The notes under the pieces are model-generated. The model searched no databases. It was not told the DNA's origin and worked only from the letters and a program-made list of their open reading frames with translations. The position numbers were made by a program, and so were the translations under genes. A DNA stretch of 64,000 nt, taken from the NCBI GenBank assembly GCA_012103575.1, contig WLWN01000001.1, positions 1,676,538 through 1,740,537 of the forward strand, read 5' to 3'. The stretch is from Kiritimatiellia bacterium (GTDB taxonomy: Bacteria > Verrucomicrobiota > Kiritimatiellia > WLWN01). Numbering within the stretch: the stretch's first letter is position 1; each line of letters starts with the position of its first letter. Shown here one piece after another: positions 19,361 to 29,416 of the stretch.

Positions 19361-19545
19361 CGTTCTTTGTTGTTGGTTCTTCTTTAATGGGAAGTTATTT
19401 TTTTAGTACAGATCAAATATGATCATGAACATATATAACCTACATTCAGCGATAAGGAACAGCCCGTCGTACCCATCCCTTGATCCGCCTAGCATTAGGT
19501 AAAGAATCTTGACCCACTAATAGATAACTAATAACTATTCCCAAC

Positions 19546-21201
19546 ATGCTAACCTCTTTGCGTATAAAAAACCTTGCTCTTGTCCAAGATCTTCGTATTC
19601 CGTTTCAATCGGGTCTTAATGTCATTACAGGAGAAACGGGCGCCGGTAAATCTATCCTGATGGGCGCTTTGAAATTGTTACTGGGTGAGCGGGCCGATAA
19701 ATCGGCGATTCGTTCGGGGGAAGATGCTTGCCTGGTCGACGCGGTGTTTGAATTTCCGTCCACCACATCATTCGATGCTCTTCTTGCAGAAAATGGGGTG
19801 GATATGTGTGAAGGAATGCAATTGGTTATCCGTCGCATTATTAAAGCCTCGGGTACGAGCCAAAACATGGTGAATGATTGTCCTGTTACCTTACAATTGC
19901 TTAAACGACTCGGGGCCCTATTAGTGGATATGTACGGTGTCTATGACCATCAATCTCTCTTACATACCGATACACAACTTGATATACTCGATGCCTTTGG
20001 CTGTATCGACAAAGAACGCAAAGCGTATGAAAAAAAATATCGCGATTTTTGGGCGCTTGAGAAACGCAAACAAGAACTTTTGCAAAACCATGAAGATGTG
20101 GAAGCGCAGATCGATTTACTATCCTATCGCGTAAAGGAAATTGAAGACGCGGCTTTAGCAGAAAATGAAGAAGAAAAAATTCGGCAAGAACATACGATAA
20201 TGGGTCATGCGCAACGTATTCTTGAATTATCGAATACAGCGCTCACGATGCTAACAGAAAACGAAGATTCTGTATTTAATACGTTAACCCATACGCAACG
20301 AATGCTAGATGAGTTAAGCCGACTGGTCCCCGACGCAGAGGATTGGAAACAGGAGCTTCATGGTTTAACGGTGCAGGAGTTGGGGACAACCATTCAGAGC
20401 TTTGTAAGTGGCATAGAAAGCGATCCTGCACGGTTACACTGGTTAGATGAACGATTAGCCTTGTATCAAAAAATGAAACGTAAACACGGGAACACTGTCT
20501 CTGAAATATTCGAAACCTTAGAAGCCTCAAAAAAACGCTTGAAAGATTTGAAAACTCGTAGCGAGCAGTTGGCTGATATAGAAAAAAATATGGAGCATAT
20601 TTATTCTCAGCTTGAACAGACAGGGAACATATTGAGAGATAAGCGCCAGCAGGTATCCGGGGGGCTTTCAAAGAACATTACAAAAGAGCTAAAAGAATTA
20701 GGATTTTCACATAGAGCCTTTCGTATCCGCTTAAGCGCAACGACTCCGCAAACGTCGGGCATGGATGAGATTGAATTTGAATTTGCGCCCAATGCAGGGG
20801 AGTCTCATTATCCTTTACGTGCGATTGCTTCTAGTGGCGAAATTTCTCGTGTGATGTTGGCTACAAAAGCCGTTTTGGCAAAACACGATAAAATCCCTTT
20901 GTTGGTCTTTGATGAAGTCGATGCGCATATCGGGGGCGAAATGGGTACTGCTGTTGGGTGTAAATTGTCAGAGATTTCAACGTATCATCAGGTGATTGTC
21001 ATTACGCATTTGCCACAAGTGGCCGTTTTTGGAAATACACACTTTGCGGTCAGCAAAGACGTAAAAGGAAACCGTACGTTTACGAATATTGAAACCATAG
21101 AAAAAGAGGGTCGTGTTGAAGAAATTGCACGGATGTTGGGAGGAAAGAAGATGACGGATGTAACCCTTCAACATGCACGTGAAATGCTCAAGCAGGCATA
21201 A
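19546..21201 (+). CDS. recN: DNA repair protein RecN
   Basis: Walker A GETGAGKSILMGAL, long coiled-coil middle, C-terminal SGGEISRVMLA and LLVFDEVDAHIGG. 551 aa. Confidence 0.95.
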   Translation: MLTSLRIKNLALVQDLRIPFQSGLNVITGETGAGKSILMGALKLLLGERADKSAIRSGEDACLVDAVFEFPSTTSFDALLAENGVDMCEGMQLVIRRIIKASGTSQNMVNDCPVTLQLLKRLGALLVDMYGVYDHQSLLHTDTQLDILDAFGCIDKERKAYEKKYRDFWALEKRKQELLQNHEDVEAQIDLLSYRVKEIEDAALAENEEEKIRQEHTIMGHAQRILELSNTALTMLTENEDSVFNTLTHTQRMLDELSRLVPDAEDWKQELHGLTVQELGTTIQSFVSGIESDPARLHWLDERLALYQKMKRKHGNTVSEIFETLEASKKRLKDLKTRSEQLADIEKNMEHIYSQLEQTGNILRDKRQQVSGGLSKNITKELKELGFSHRAFRIRLSATTPQTSGMDEIEFEFAPNAGESHYPLRAIASSGEISRVMLATKAVLAKHDKIPLLVFDEVDAHIGGEMGTAVGCKLSEISTYHQVIVITHLPQVAVFGNTHFAVSKDVKGNRTFTNIETIEKEGRVEEIARMLGGKKMTDVTLQHAREMLKQA

Positions 21202-21216
21202 CCCCAGCCTTCATGC

Positions 21217-21522
21217 TTAATTTAAAATTAAGGGATAGAGCCTTTTGAGTCTGATCCGTGCATCTTCAGTGATAGAATGCCAATCCCGCGGTTGGCTTTT
21301 CTCATTTCGCCTCTGTGTCCAAGCAATCGCCTCTCGGCTTAAGGTCTCTCTATGAGCAAGGCGTCTGTCCAAACATTGACGCGATAAATGACTCAACTCT
21401 ATCTCGGCCATATTCAACCCACCCGTAAACTCCACCGCCCAAATCCTTGGGGTGGTGAAGAACAACACAACGCAATGAGATGGGCTTCCTATACATCGAG
21501 CAAGTTCTTGTGCGATATCCAC
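21217..21522 (-). pseudogene. C-terminal remnant of a second, unrelated IS630-family transposase
   Basis: GLNMAEIELSHLSRQCLDRRLAHRETLSREAIAWTQRRNEKSQPRDWHSITEDARIRLKRLYP is the typical IS630 C-terminal block. The catalytic core is absent. Confidence 0.7.
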
Positions 21523-21525
21523 TCG

Positions 21526-22542
21526 TTACAAGATCCCCAACTCTTGAAGCAGTTGCAAAGTACCTTCTAAATCTTCTAAATCGCTGAGATCAATATTGGG
21601 TGCTTGAATGCTAGCGAGAGGAATAAGATTGGGGCTAGCAGGTACACCCGAAACCAAAGGGTATTCATGGGTTTCTTCTGCAAAATAGGTTTGGGATCTT
21701 TTAGAGAGCAAAAACGTTATAAAACGATTGGCGGATTCTTTTCTTTTTGATGAATCAAGAATCGAAATGCCTGCCACGTTTACCAGGGCACCTGGATCAC
21801 CGCTGTGTAAAACATAATTTTTTGCAGGAAACTGTTTTCCATGTTCAGCGATGAATCTAAAAAGGTAATAATGATTTACAAAACCTACATCAATTTCTCC
21901 AGCCCCAACAGCGGCCACAATCGGTGTGTTTTTGGGATACACGTTGGGTTCGTTCGCCTGTATGCACGTCAACCATTGTCGGGCTTTTTTGTTTCCTTGA
22001 GTAACGCGGAGGGCGGTAACAAAGGCCTGGAAAGACCCGTTTGCAGGCGCCCACCCGATTCGTTTTTTCCATGTGGGATCACAGAATCCGAAAATCGTTT
22101 GGGGTAAATCCTCCTTTTTTAAACGATCGGTGTTATAGACGATCACGCGGGCTCGTCCAGAAACACCGATCCAATTTCCGTGTTTAGAGCGAAAACGTTT
22201 GTCAACACGCTCCAGAAGATCATGAGGGAGGGGGGTAAGCCGATTTTCCTTTGCTAACGCTCCCAGTGCACCGGCATCTTGAGCAAAAAACAGGTCAGCG
22301 GGGGAACGGGTTCCTTCTTCAAGAAGGGTGGCAGTAAGCTCCGCTGTTTTCCCGTATCGTACACGGACATCTATTTGGGTTTCTTCTTCAAACTTCTTGA
22401 TTAAGGGGCCTACAAGAGTTTCGCTTCGCCCACAATAAAGAATCAGTGCTTTATCTCTTTCTGCTTGTGAAGCCGCCAAAGAGCATAGGAGCCCGCAGGT
22501 TGTATAGATGAGAGGTCGTAAAAAAGAGAGTCTACTTTTCAT
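21526..22542 (-). CDS. Fe(3+) ABC transporter periplasmic substrate-binding protein (FbpA/AfuA/FutA-like)
   Basis: I prefer the signal-peptide start MKSRLSFLRPLIYTTCGLLCSLAASQA at 22542. It has the solute-binding family 1 pattern and sits with a two-domain permease and ATPase at 23674-26420, directly downstream of a DtxR-family gene. Confidence 0.7.
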   Translation of the reverse strand: MKSRLSFLRPLIYTTCGLLCSLAASQAERDKALILYCGRSETLVGPLIKKFEEETQIDVRVRYGKTAELTATLLEEGTRSPADLFFAQDAGALGALAKENRLTPLPHDLLERVDKRFRSKHGNWIGVSGRARVIVYNTDRLKKEDLPQTIFGFCDPTWKKRIGWAPANGSFQAFVTALRVTQGNKKARQWLTCIQANEPNVYPKNTPIVAAVGAGEIDVGFVNHYYLFRFIAEHGKQFPAKNYVLHSGDPGALVNVAGISILDSSKRKESANRFITFLLSKRSQTYFAEETHEYPLVSGVPASPNLIPLASIQAPNIDLSDLEDLEGTLQLLQELGIL

Positions 22543-22543
22543 G

Positions 22544-23113
22544 TTATCCTGTTTTTGTTTTAGGTGTTTCAAGGAAGCAAATCGTCTGGCACACTTCGCA
22601 TGCTTCCGCATTATGTGTACACGATATGTTATTTTCTTTTCGGAGCGCTTTCAGAAAATCTTTGGCCACTTTTTTGTCCGACGAAATAAAACGGATCAAA
22701 TTTTGAAGAGCCATACTGTTTTCTAAGCTCAGTAGATGCTCAATTTTACACGCATCAATTTCAGCTTGTTCGGGGCTTACACCTAATACATTTTTGAACA
22801 AAGTTTCGAGAAGTTCACCGTTATGTTCCACGATTTCTGCAAGGCGTTTTCCTTCCTTAGAAAGGGAAAGGAATTTGTTTTCGTCTTCTTTTATAACCCC
22901 TCTTTTCTTCAAGGGTTTTAGACTAATAGAACAGCTCCCACGAGTAGTGTTTAACCGCTTGGCAATGTCGGTTACGCGTGCGTACCCCTGTGTATCCAAA
23001 AGTTCATGGATAGTCATTAAATAGTGCGCGGCACTATGTGTTAACGAGTTTTCTTCAAACGATTTCCATACGGCTGTAGACATAAACGATCCTTTTGACA
23101 AATTTTTTATCAT
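22544..23113 (-). CDS. DtxR/MntR-family metal-dependent transcriptional repressor with a Cys-rich C-terminal tail
   Basis: Winged-helix segment AAHYLMTIHELLDTQGYARVTDIAKRLNTTRGSCSISLKPLKKRGVI and a dimerisation helix. The tail is CTHNAEACEVCQTIC (C-x6-C-x2-C-x3-C). Confidence 0.75.
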   Translation of the reverse strand: MIKNLSKGSFMSTAVWKSFEENSLTHSAAHYLMTIHELLDTQGYARVTDIAKRLNTTRGSCSISLKPLKKRGVIKEDENKFLSLSKEGKRLAEIVEHNGELLETLFKNVLGVSPEQAEIDACKIEHLLSLENSMALQNLIRFISSDKKVAKDFLKALRKENNISCTHNAEACEVCQTICFLETPKTKTG

Positions 23114-23312
23114 CTAATATTTGACATTATATGCCGAATCATATTTTGTGTTATAAACCATTTGTTTTATAGGTCAATCAAAATCTAGAACCTTAAGAAT
23201 TTTACACTTAATTCAGCGATCGCTTGTTTAAATGTAAGGTTTGGGAAGAGGCTTTGATGTAATACAATGGGGGTTAAAGATTCTACGCCGAGGCCCAATG
23301 CATTCGCTCGGG

Positions 23313-23585
23313 TTAACTTAAAGGCTCTTTTTGCTCAATAATAACGGGGAGTTCTTTTGATTTTTCTGCATTTAACGAAATATAGTGTTTCCATTTAGAA
23401 GGTACGCTTCCGACCTCAAAAATGGCGTCAACGGGACATTCAGGGATACAGGCCCCGCAATCAATACATTCATCTGGATCAATCCAAAGTGTTTTCTCAT
23501 CTTCATGGAAACAGTCCACAGGGCAAACCGTCACACAAATGGTATTTTTGCATCCATAACATGGTTCTGTAATAATATGTGGCAT
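23313..23585 (-). CDS. fdxA: 7Fe-type ferredoxin (FdxA-like, 3Fe-4S plus 4Fe-4S)
   Basis: [21 protein letters not shown]...[21 protein letters not shown] is colinear with Azotobacter-type ferredoxin I cluster motifs. Confidence 0.85.
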   Translation of the reverse strand: MPHIITEPCYGCKNTICVTVCPVDCFHEDEKTLWIDPDECIDCGACIPECPVDAIFEVGSVPSKWKHYISLNAEKSKELPVIIEQKEPLS

Positions 23586-23673
23586 ATATTATATCCTATT
23601 CGTAAGGCATGTGACTGTTAAAAAAAGATGAGGATACGGGCCGGCAAATAATTTTCAATCTTTATATTGCTCA

Positions 23674-25287
23674 ATGAAAAAAAAATCTACATTCAATAAT
23701 TGTTTATGGATAAAGAGACCTTGTCTTCCTCTATACCTTTGGATTCCTCCTATACTGGTTCTTTGTGCTTCTTTTCTTCCTCTGGTCTATTTGATCATTC
23801 GAACAATAGGGGTGGACTCTCAGCTCCTTGACACGCTCTTACGTCCTCGCGTATTCGAGGTTCTTCTCAATAGTGTTGGCTTGGCCTTGGCGGTGACGGT
23901 AAGCGGTTGCATGTTGGGTTTCTTTCTTGCCTGGTTAACCACGCGTACGGATTTGCCGGCCAAAAAATTTTGGACCATTATATTGTCATTACCGCTTGTC
24001 TTGCCCTCTTATGTGGGCGCCTTTGCTTGGGTGGCCGCTTTAGGCCCTCGCGGCCTATTGCAAGGATGGCTCGAACCGTTTGGGGTAGAACGGCTTCCTT
24101 CGCTTTATGGCTTTTGGGGCGCTTGGATTATTCTTTCTTTGTTTTCATACCCCTATGTTTTATTGACGGTTCGTGCTGGATTCCGCGGGATTGATGCTTC
24201 GTTGGAAGATGTGGCACGGAGTCTTGGGAAAAATTCTTTTCAGGTCTTTCGCGAGATTTTGTTTCCGCAACTATGGCCAGCCATTCACGCAGGTGCGTTG
24301 CTCATTGCGTTATATACACTCAGTGATTTTGGTGCGGTGTCCCTTCTTCAATTCAATTCGTTTACGCAAGCTATATATAGCCAGTATATCGGGTCGTTTA
24401 ACCGCGGTGTAGCTGCTGTTTTAGCATGCGTCTTAGTTCTTTTGACGCTTTTGATTTTACTATTTCAGTTTAGAATTGGAGGACGATCGCGCTATTACAG
24501 AAGCAGCGCGGGGGCCCTGCGACGTGTACCGTGTGTGTCTTTGGGAAAATGGCGTTATCCCGCTCTTTTTTTCTGCGGAAGTATTGGTATCTTTGCACTA
24601 GGTCTCCCTGTAATGGTTATCAGCTATTGGCTTATTCGTGGTTGGATCCACCATCAATCCGTTTTATTTGGCGCAGAGATTGTTTGGAACTCTGTATCGG
24701 CTTCGGGCCTAGCGGCGTTGGTGGCTGTGATTGCTGCGCTTCCTATTGTGATATTGGCGGTCCGGCATGCGCGACGTTCTACACAATGGTTGGAACGGAG
24801 TACGTATATAGGACATGCATTGCCGGGTATCGTGATTGCCTTTTCATTAGTGTTCTTTGGAGTCCGGTATGTACCTTTTCTTTACCAAACGCTTTTTATG
24901 TTGATTTTTGCTTATGTTGTACATTTTTTGCCGCACGCGGTTGGAAGTATTCGTTCTTCTATGTTGCAAATAAGCCCTCGCCTAGAAGATGCGGCACGGA
25001 ACTTAGGGAAAAAACCGTTCCACGTTTTTTCTTCGCTTACCCTCCCTTTACTTAAACCCGGATTGCTTTCAGGTTTTGCATTAGTCTTTTTATCGTGTAT
25101 GAAAGAATTGCCAGCAACATTATTGTTGGGGCCGATAGAATTTCAAACGTTAGCTACAAAGATCTGGAATGCAACAGAAGATGCTTTTTTTGCAAAAGCC
25201 GCTGGACCGGCTCTGATTCTTGTGCTTGTTTCAGCCATGTCCATTTGGATTATTTTTTCACAGGAAGAGAGTGAAAAAGGAAGATGA
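23674..25287 (+). CDS. Fe(3+) ABC transporter permease (duplicated 6-TM domains, FbpB-like)
   Basis: 537 aa with two tandem permease halves, each carrying an EAA-like loop (DVARSLGKNSFQVFREILFP and DAARNLGKKPFHVFSSLTLP). Confidence 0.8.
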   Translation: MKKKSTFNNCLWIKRPCLPLYLWIPPILVLCASFLPLVYLIIRTIGVDSQLLDTLLRPRVFEVLLNSVGLALAVTVSGCMLGFFLAWLTTRTDLPAKKFWTIILSLPLVLPSYVGAFAWVAALGPRGLLQGWLEPFGVERLPSLYGFWGAWIILSLFSYPYVLLTVRAGFRGIDASLEDVARSLGKNSFQVFREILFPQLWPAIHAGALLIALYTLSDFGAVSLLQFNSFTQAIYSQYIGSFNRGVAAVLACVLVLLTLLILLFQFRIGGRSRYYRSSAGALRRVPCVSLGKWRYPALFFCGSIGIFALGLPVMVISYWLIRGWIHHQSVLFGAEIVWNSVSASGLAALVAVIAALPIVILAVRHARRSTQWLERSTYIGHALPGIVIAFSLVFFGVRYVPFLYQTLFMLIFAYVVHFLPHAVGSIRSSMLQISPRLEDAARNLGKKPFHVFSSLTLPLLKPGLLSGFALVFLSCMKELPATLLLGPIEFQTLATKIWNATEDAFFAKAAGPALILVLVSAMSIWIIFSQEESEKGR

Positions 25288-26420
25288 AAGATAAAGGCGA
25301 GGAAGAAGGTAGAATGCTGAATACTGAACACAGAAAGACAAAAACAGCGATTTGTTGTGAGAATCTCTGTAGAATCTTCGGAGAGGTTCCCGCTGTTTGT
25401 GGAGCTCATCTTGACGTGAACCCCGGCACCTTTTTTGCTTTATTAGGGCCTAGTGGATGCGGGAAAACAACGGTATTGCGTATGATCGCAGGGCTAGAGA
25501 TTCCCGATGGGGGTGAAATCAAAGTGGGACAACGTGTCGTCGCTTCTCACAACAGGAATGTTTCTCCTGAAAAACGTAAAGTGGGGATGGTTTTTCAAGA
25601 GTATGCTCTTTTTCCTCATATGACCGTTGCTGAGAATGTCCAGTATGGTCTTGGCCGTTGCGATGATAAAAAAATGCGTTCCCAAGAAGTTTTGCATTTA
25701 GTGGGGTTAGAAGGAGTTGAAACACGTATGCCTCATGAGTTGTCAGGAGGACAGCAACAACGCGTGGCGCTGGCCCGTGCGTTGGCGCCTAAACCAGACG
25801 TCCTTCTTTTAGATGAACCTTTTTCTAATTTGGATGCGGCATTGCGTAATCGTGTTCGGACCGATGTCAGGCATATTTTGCGTCAAACAAAAGTAACGAC
25901 CCTCTTTGTTACACACGATCAAGAAGAGGCGCTGAGTCTTGCCGATGAAATGGCGGTTATGATGAACGGTAAAATTATTCAAACCGACACGCCTCAAAAC
26001 TTATATCGGTACCCTGCTTCTCATCAAGTAGCGACGTTTTTGGGCGATGCAAATTTCTTGCCAGGAAGAGGTAGAGGTCAAGAGGTTGAATGTGAGCTGG
26101 GTTCTTTTGCTACCCAAAACTCTTGTTCCCATGAGGTAGAAGTCATGTTTCGTCCGGAGGATTTGGAATTGATCGTTGATGCCCAGGGCCCTGGAGAGGT
26201 TGTTGACATCGAATATTTTGGTCATGATCAACTTCTCCATGTCCAGCTTGATTCCGGGACACGCCTCAAAAGTCGTTTTGTAGGCTCTAATGGGGGCCTG
26301 ATCCCCGGTTCACGTGTGCAGGTACGAGTCCACGAAAAGGTTATAACGTATCCGTCCCCTTATGGATGCCCGATCAATCAGAAGACAGAGGTCAGGGGGC
26401 AGGGAGCAGAGATCCCTTAA
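25284..26420 (+). CDS. Fe(3+)/polyamine-type ABC transporter ATP-binding protein (FbpC-like)
   Basis: Walker A GPSGCGKTT, signature LSGGQQQRVALARAL, Walker B LLLDEPFSNLD, and a C-terminal TOBE-like domain. The start overlaps the permease stop. Confidence 0.85.
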   Translation: MKDKGEEEGRMLNTEHRKTKTAICCENLCRIFGEVPAVCGAHLDVNPGTFFALLGPSGCGKTTVLRMIAGLEIPDGGEIKVGQRVVASHNRNVSPEKRKVGMVFQEYALFPHMTVAENVQYGLGRCDDKKMRSQEVLHLVGLEGVETRMPHELSGGQQQRVALARALAPKPDVLLLDEPFSNLDAALRNRVRTDVRHILRQTKVTTLFVTHDQEEALSLADEMAVMMNGKIIQTDTPQNLYRYPASHQVATFLGDANFLPGRGRGQEVECELGSFATQNSCSHEVEVMFRPEDLELIVDAQGPGEVVDIEYFGHDQLLHVQLDSGTRLKSRFVGSNGGLIPGSRVQVRVHEKVITYPSPYGCPINQKTEVRGQGAEIP

Positions 26421-27507
26421 GTACCTCTGACCTCTGTTCCCCGGACGTCTCAATCTGTTCTATGGCCCAGGCGGCATGCTCACGAATGAGGGGTTCGGGA
26501 TCTTCGGCGGCTTTCTTTAAAACGGGTATGGCCTCTGTATTCCCCCAGTTTCCGAGTGCAACGGCGGCGTTACGGAGCAATCCTCTGCGCTTTGTTCGTG
26601 TGATGGGACTGCCTTTAAACCGTTTCTTGAAATCATCATTATCGAATTTGATAAGATCCATCAGGCGAGGTGCCGCAAAATCAGGATCATATTCTAAGAA
26701 TCGTGTTTGGCCTGGTTTAGAATAGCGTCGCACCCAAGGACACATCTCTTGGCACGCATCGCACCCATAAATCCAGTTTTTCATAAGAGGTCGAAGCTTT
26801 AGGGGAATGGAACCTTTTAACTCGATCGTTAGGTAGGAAATACATAATTTGCTATTTAAAATATAGGGTACAGGAAAGGCATGTGTGGGACAGACGTCAA
26901 GGCACCGTCGGCAGTTCCCACAGGTTCCAATCTGCGCTTTATGGTCCGATTCTGTAGAGGATGGTGGTTCGTCAAAATCAAGTTCTAGATCCGTAATGAT
27001 TTCTCCAAGGAATACATAGGAACCAAGATCCGGATGAATCAACAAGGTGTTCTTTCCTACAAACCCCAAACCGGCTTGTGAGGCGATGTCCCGTTCAAGA
27101 ACAGGTCCGGTATCTACATAATAACGCGTCTTTATCTCCTCGCCTGCTTCGTGCTGGATAAAAACACTTAGCGTCTTGAGCATCGGCTCTATGACATCAT
27201 GGTAATCTTGTCCCCATGCATATCGTGCAATACGTCCTCGTGAGGGATCATTCCAAATTTCAGGTTGGGGGTTCTTAATAAAATAACTCAATCCAACAGA
27301 AATAACAGACTGGGCTTGAGGGAGCACTTTTGTTGGGTTAGATCGACGCTCTGGGTCATTCGCGAGCCATTTCATGTTCCCGTGGAAACCTTGTTTGAGC
27401 CATTTATAATAATCATGGGCTCGAGGTGATTGGTGGGCTGGAGATACGCCTACAAAATCAAAACCAAGCTCTATGGCTTTATACTTAATACGGTCTGTTA
27501 ATTTCAT
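26392..27507 (-). CDS. queG: Epoxyqueuosine reductase
   Basis: CGNCRRCLDVCPTHAF and CDACQEMCPW 4Fe-4S motifs, plus a C-terminal HEAT-like NAAVALGNWGNTEAIPVLKKAAEDPEPLIREHAAWAI. I prefer the start at MKLTDRIKYKAIELGFD (27507). Confidence 0.85.
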   Translation of the reverse strand: MKLTDRIKYKAIELGFDFVGVSPAHQSPRAHDYYKWLKQGFHGNMKWLANDPERRSNPTKVLPQAQSVISVGLSYFIKNPQPEIWNDPSRGRIARYAWGQDYHDVIEPMLKTLSVFIQHEAGEEIKTRYYVDTGPVLERDIASQAGLGFVGKNTLLIHPDLGSYVFLGEIITDLELDFDEPPSSTESDHKAQIGTCGNCRRCLDVCPTHAFPVPYILNSKLCISYLTIELKGSIPLKLRPLMKNWIYGCDACQEMCPWVRRYSKPGQTRFLEYDPDFAAPRLMDLIKFDNDDFKKRFKGSPITRTKRRGLLRNAAVALGNWGNTEAIPVLKKAAEDPEPLIREHAAWAIEQIETSGEQRSEVLKGSLLPAP

Positions 27508-27611
27508 GAGGAAATTATGTTTGACATGTAAAACAAATGATTTATAGTCCGCCGAAATATAACTCGAGAGTTTTCGTTTAGTGTTCAATAACAAGGAGAA
27601 AAGTTAACACA

Positions 27612-28271
27612 TTGAAGATATATCTTAAAAGAATACTTGCCCTGACTTTTTTTGTTTCTTTAACCACAAACGGTTTGTCTGCTGATGATGGCGATTGGCA
27701 AATATGGTTTGATCAAAGCATGGAGGGTAAGCTTTCTTCATCGTTAAAAACAAAGATGAATCAGCAATTAAAGTGGGGTGACCATGCGGGAGAACTGGTT
27801 GAATATAACGTTGAGCTTGGTTTAACGACAAAGCTGAGTAGTTGGTTTGACCTGGCCCTTTTCTATCGACAACAATATGAAAAAAAGGGAGCCGATTGGT
27901 TAGAAGAAAACCGTCCTCACCTAAACGGGACCATTAAATGGAAGTGGAACGACATCTCCTTTTCAGATCGTAGTCGTGTTGAACTTAGGATTAAAGAAAA
28001 TAAAAACGATATTGTACGGTATAGGAATAAAATAACCGTTACATGCCCAAAGACCTGGACAAAATTCAACATTCAAAAATATATCGCTGACGAAATTTTC
28101 ATCGATTCCGACAAAGGAGAGCTTAATCGAAACCGTTTGTATGTGGGGTTAAAAGCAAAGCCTCATGAACATCTTAAAGCCGATGTATATGGGTTGTGGC
28201 AGACTTCAGAAAAAAGCGACGAATGGACTGATGTTTACGTTGTGGGAGCAAAGTTAGGCATTGTTTTTTAG
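27612..28271 (+). CDS. DUF2490-like outer-membrane beta-barrel protein
   Basis: Signal peptide, alternating beta-strand pattern, aromatic C-terminal residue (..GAKLGIVF), and the W-x-W pattern typical of DUF2490. Confidence 0.5.
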   Translation: MKIYLKRILALTFFVSLTTNGLSADDGDWQIWFDQSMEGKLSSSLKTKMNQQLKWGDHAGELVEYNVELGLTTKLSSWFDLALFYRQQYEKKGADWLEENRPHLNGTIKWKWNDISFSDRSRVELRIKENKNDIVRYRNKITVTCPKTWTKFNIQKYIADEIFIDSDKGELNRNRLYVGLKAKPHEHLKADVYGLWQTSEKSDEWTDVYVVGAKLGIVF

Positions 28272-28325
28272 AAGAAGTTCAGGTTTTCTGAAAACGCTAC
28301 TTGGACCTTCGTCAAAAGCGCGAAT

Positions 28326-28426
28326 TCAAGTAGTAAGTGCAATATTCTTTGAGATAAGAGAAATGAAAACTTTATTGAACATTTGGTTAGGAGTTTTGTA
28401 TCCACGGGTTTTTCTGGGTCTATTAT
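28326..28426 (-). pseudogene. C-terminal 33 codons of a third IS30-family transposase, truncated by IS630
   Basis: The minus strand reads NNRPRKTRGYKTPNQMFNKVFISLISKNIALTT*, the IS30 C-terminal signature. It abuts the IS630 end at 28427. Confidence 0.6.
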
Positions 28427-29416
28427 TAGAGCGCTTCACGATTGAGGTGTCGCGATGTAGCACGAAGAAAACCAGCCGATTACCTCGTCGGGAGAAACCT
28501 CTTCGAACGCTTGTGTGAGCGCTTCAGATAGTTCCTGCGGGCTGCAAGGCTGCCCAACCGATTCTTTATCTTGCCCCACATTTTTTCAATGGGGTTGGAA
28601 TCGGGGCTGTAGGGTGGAAGGAATCTTACATGGGCCCCACATGACTCAATGAGTTTAATGACCTTGGGATTGTGATGGACGCGAAGATTGTCCATGATGA
28701 CGATGTCTTCAGGTGAAAGAGTCGGGAGAAAAACCCGGCGAATATATTCTCCAAAAACAGCCGTGTCTGTCGCCCCCTCCCTCTCCATGGCCGCTGTTGT
28801 TCCGTCCAGGCGGACTGAAAAAATCAAGGTGGTGGTACACCAATGTCCATGAGGCGTTTTGGCAAAAAGCCTGTTCCCGCCCAACGCCCGGCCCCGCAGA
28901 CAAGTCATATTCGTTTTCGCCCCGGATTCATCAATAAAGACAAGGCGACTTGGATCAAGTTTGGCTACCTCTTGGATCCACTGCTTTCTCAAGAGATTTA
29001 CATCCGCCCGGTCTTGCTCGCTGGCGTGAAGCGTTTCTTTTATACCGGCAGCCCAACCGATTCAACGCCCGCTGTACGGCCATGATCGACCCCTTCACGC
29101 CGCTCATGTTCTTGAGTTCTTCAAGCGTTGCATCGGGATGTTTGCCCCCCAGTTGAGCCAACGCCTTGAGCTGCTCGCTGTAGAGGGCCTGACGATGCCC
29201 ACGCGGTCGGGGAGCGGTCTGTCCGGTTTCGTTGAAACGAGAGAGCCCACGCTGAAACGTTCTAAGATCTACACGATAAGAAGATACGATATCGGCCTGG
29301 GAACCTTTGCCCATTTTGTAGGCATCTATCGCACGCCGCCGGATTTCTGCTGTTGCTATACTCATGTCATGGAGCATAGATCTTCTAAAGAGGCATTTCA
29401 ATCGTTAAATGCTCTA
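28427..29416 (-). mobile_element. IS630/Tc1-mariner-family insertion sequence, copy 1 (flanked by TA)
   Basis: The ends are defined by comparison with 45003-45937. The TIRs are TAGAGCGCTTCACGATTGAGGTG and TAGAGCATTTAACGATTGAAATG, with a TA at both junctions. Confidence 0.85.
28480..29401 (-). pseudogene. IS630-family transposase split into two frames (HTH part 28955-29401, DDE part 28480-28992)
   Basis: The N part ends ..LNRLGCRYKRNAS. The DDE part (ETLHASEQDRADVNLLRKQWIQEVAKLDPSRLVFIDESGAKTNMT) is in the +1 frame. Copy 2 is in frame at this point because of a 4-nt difference. Confidence 0.7.
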
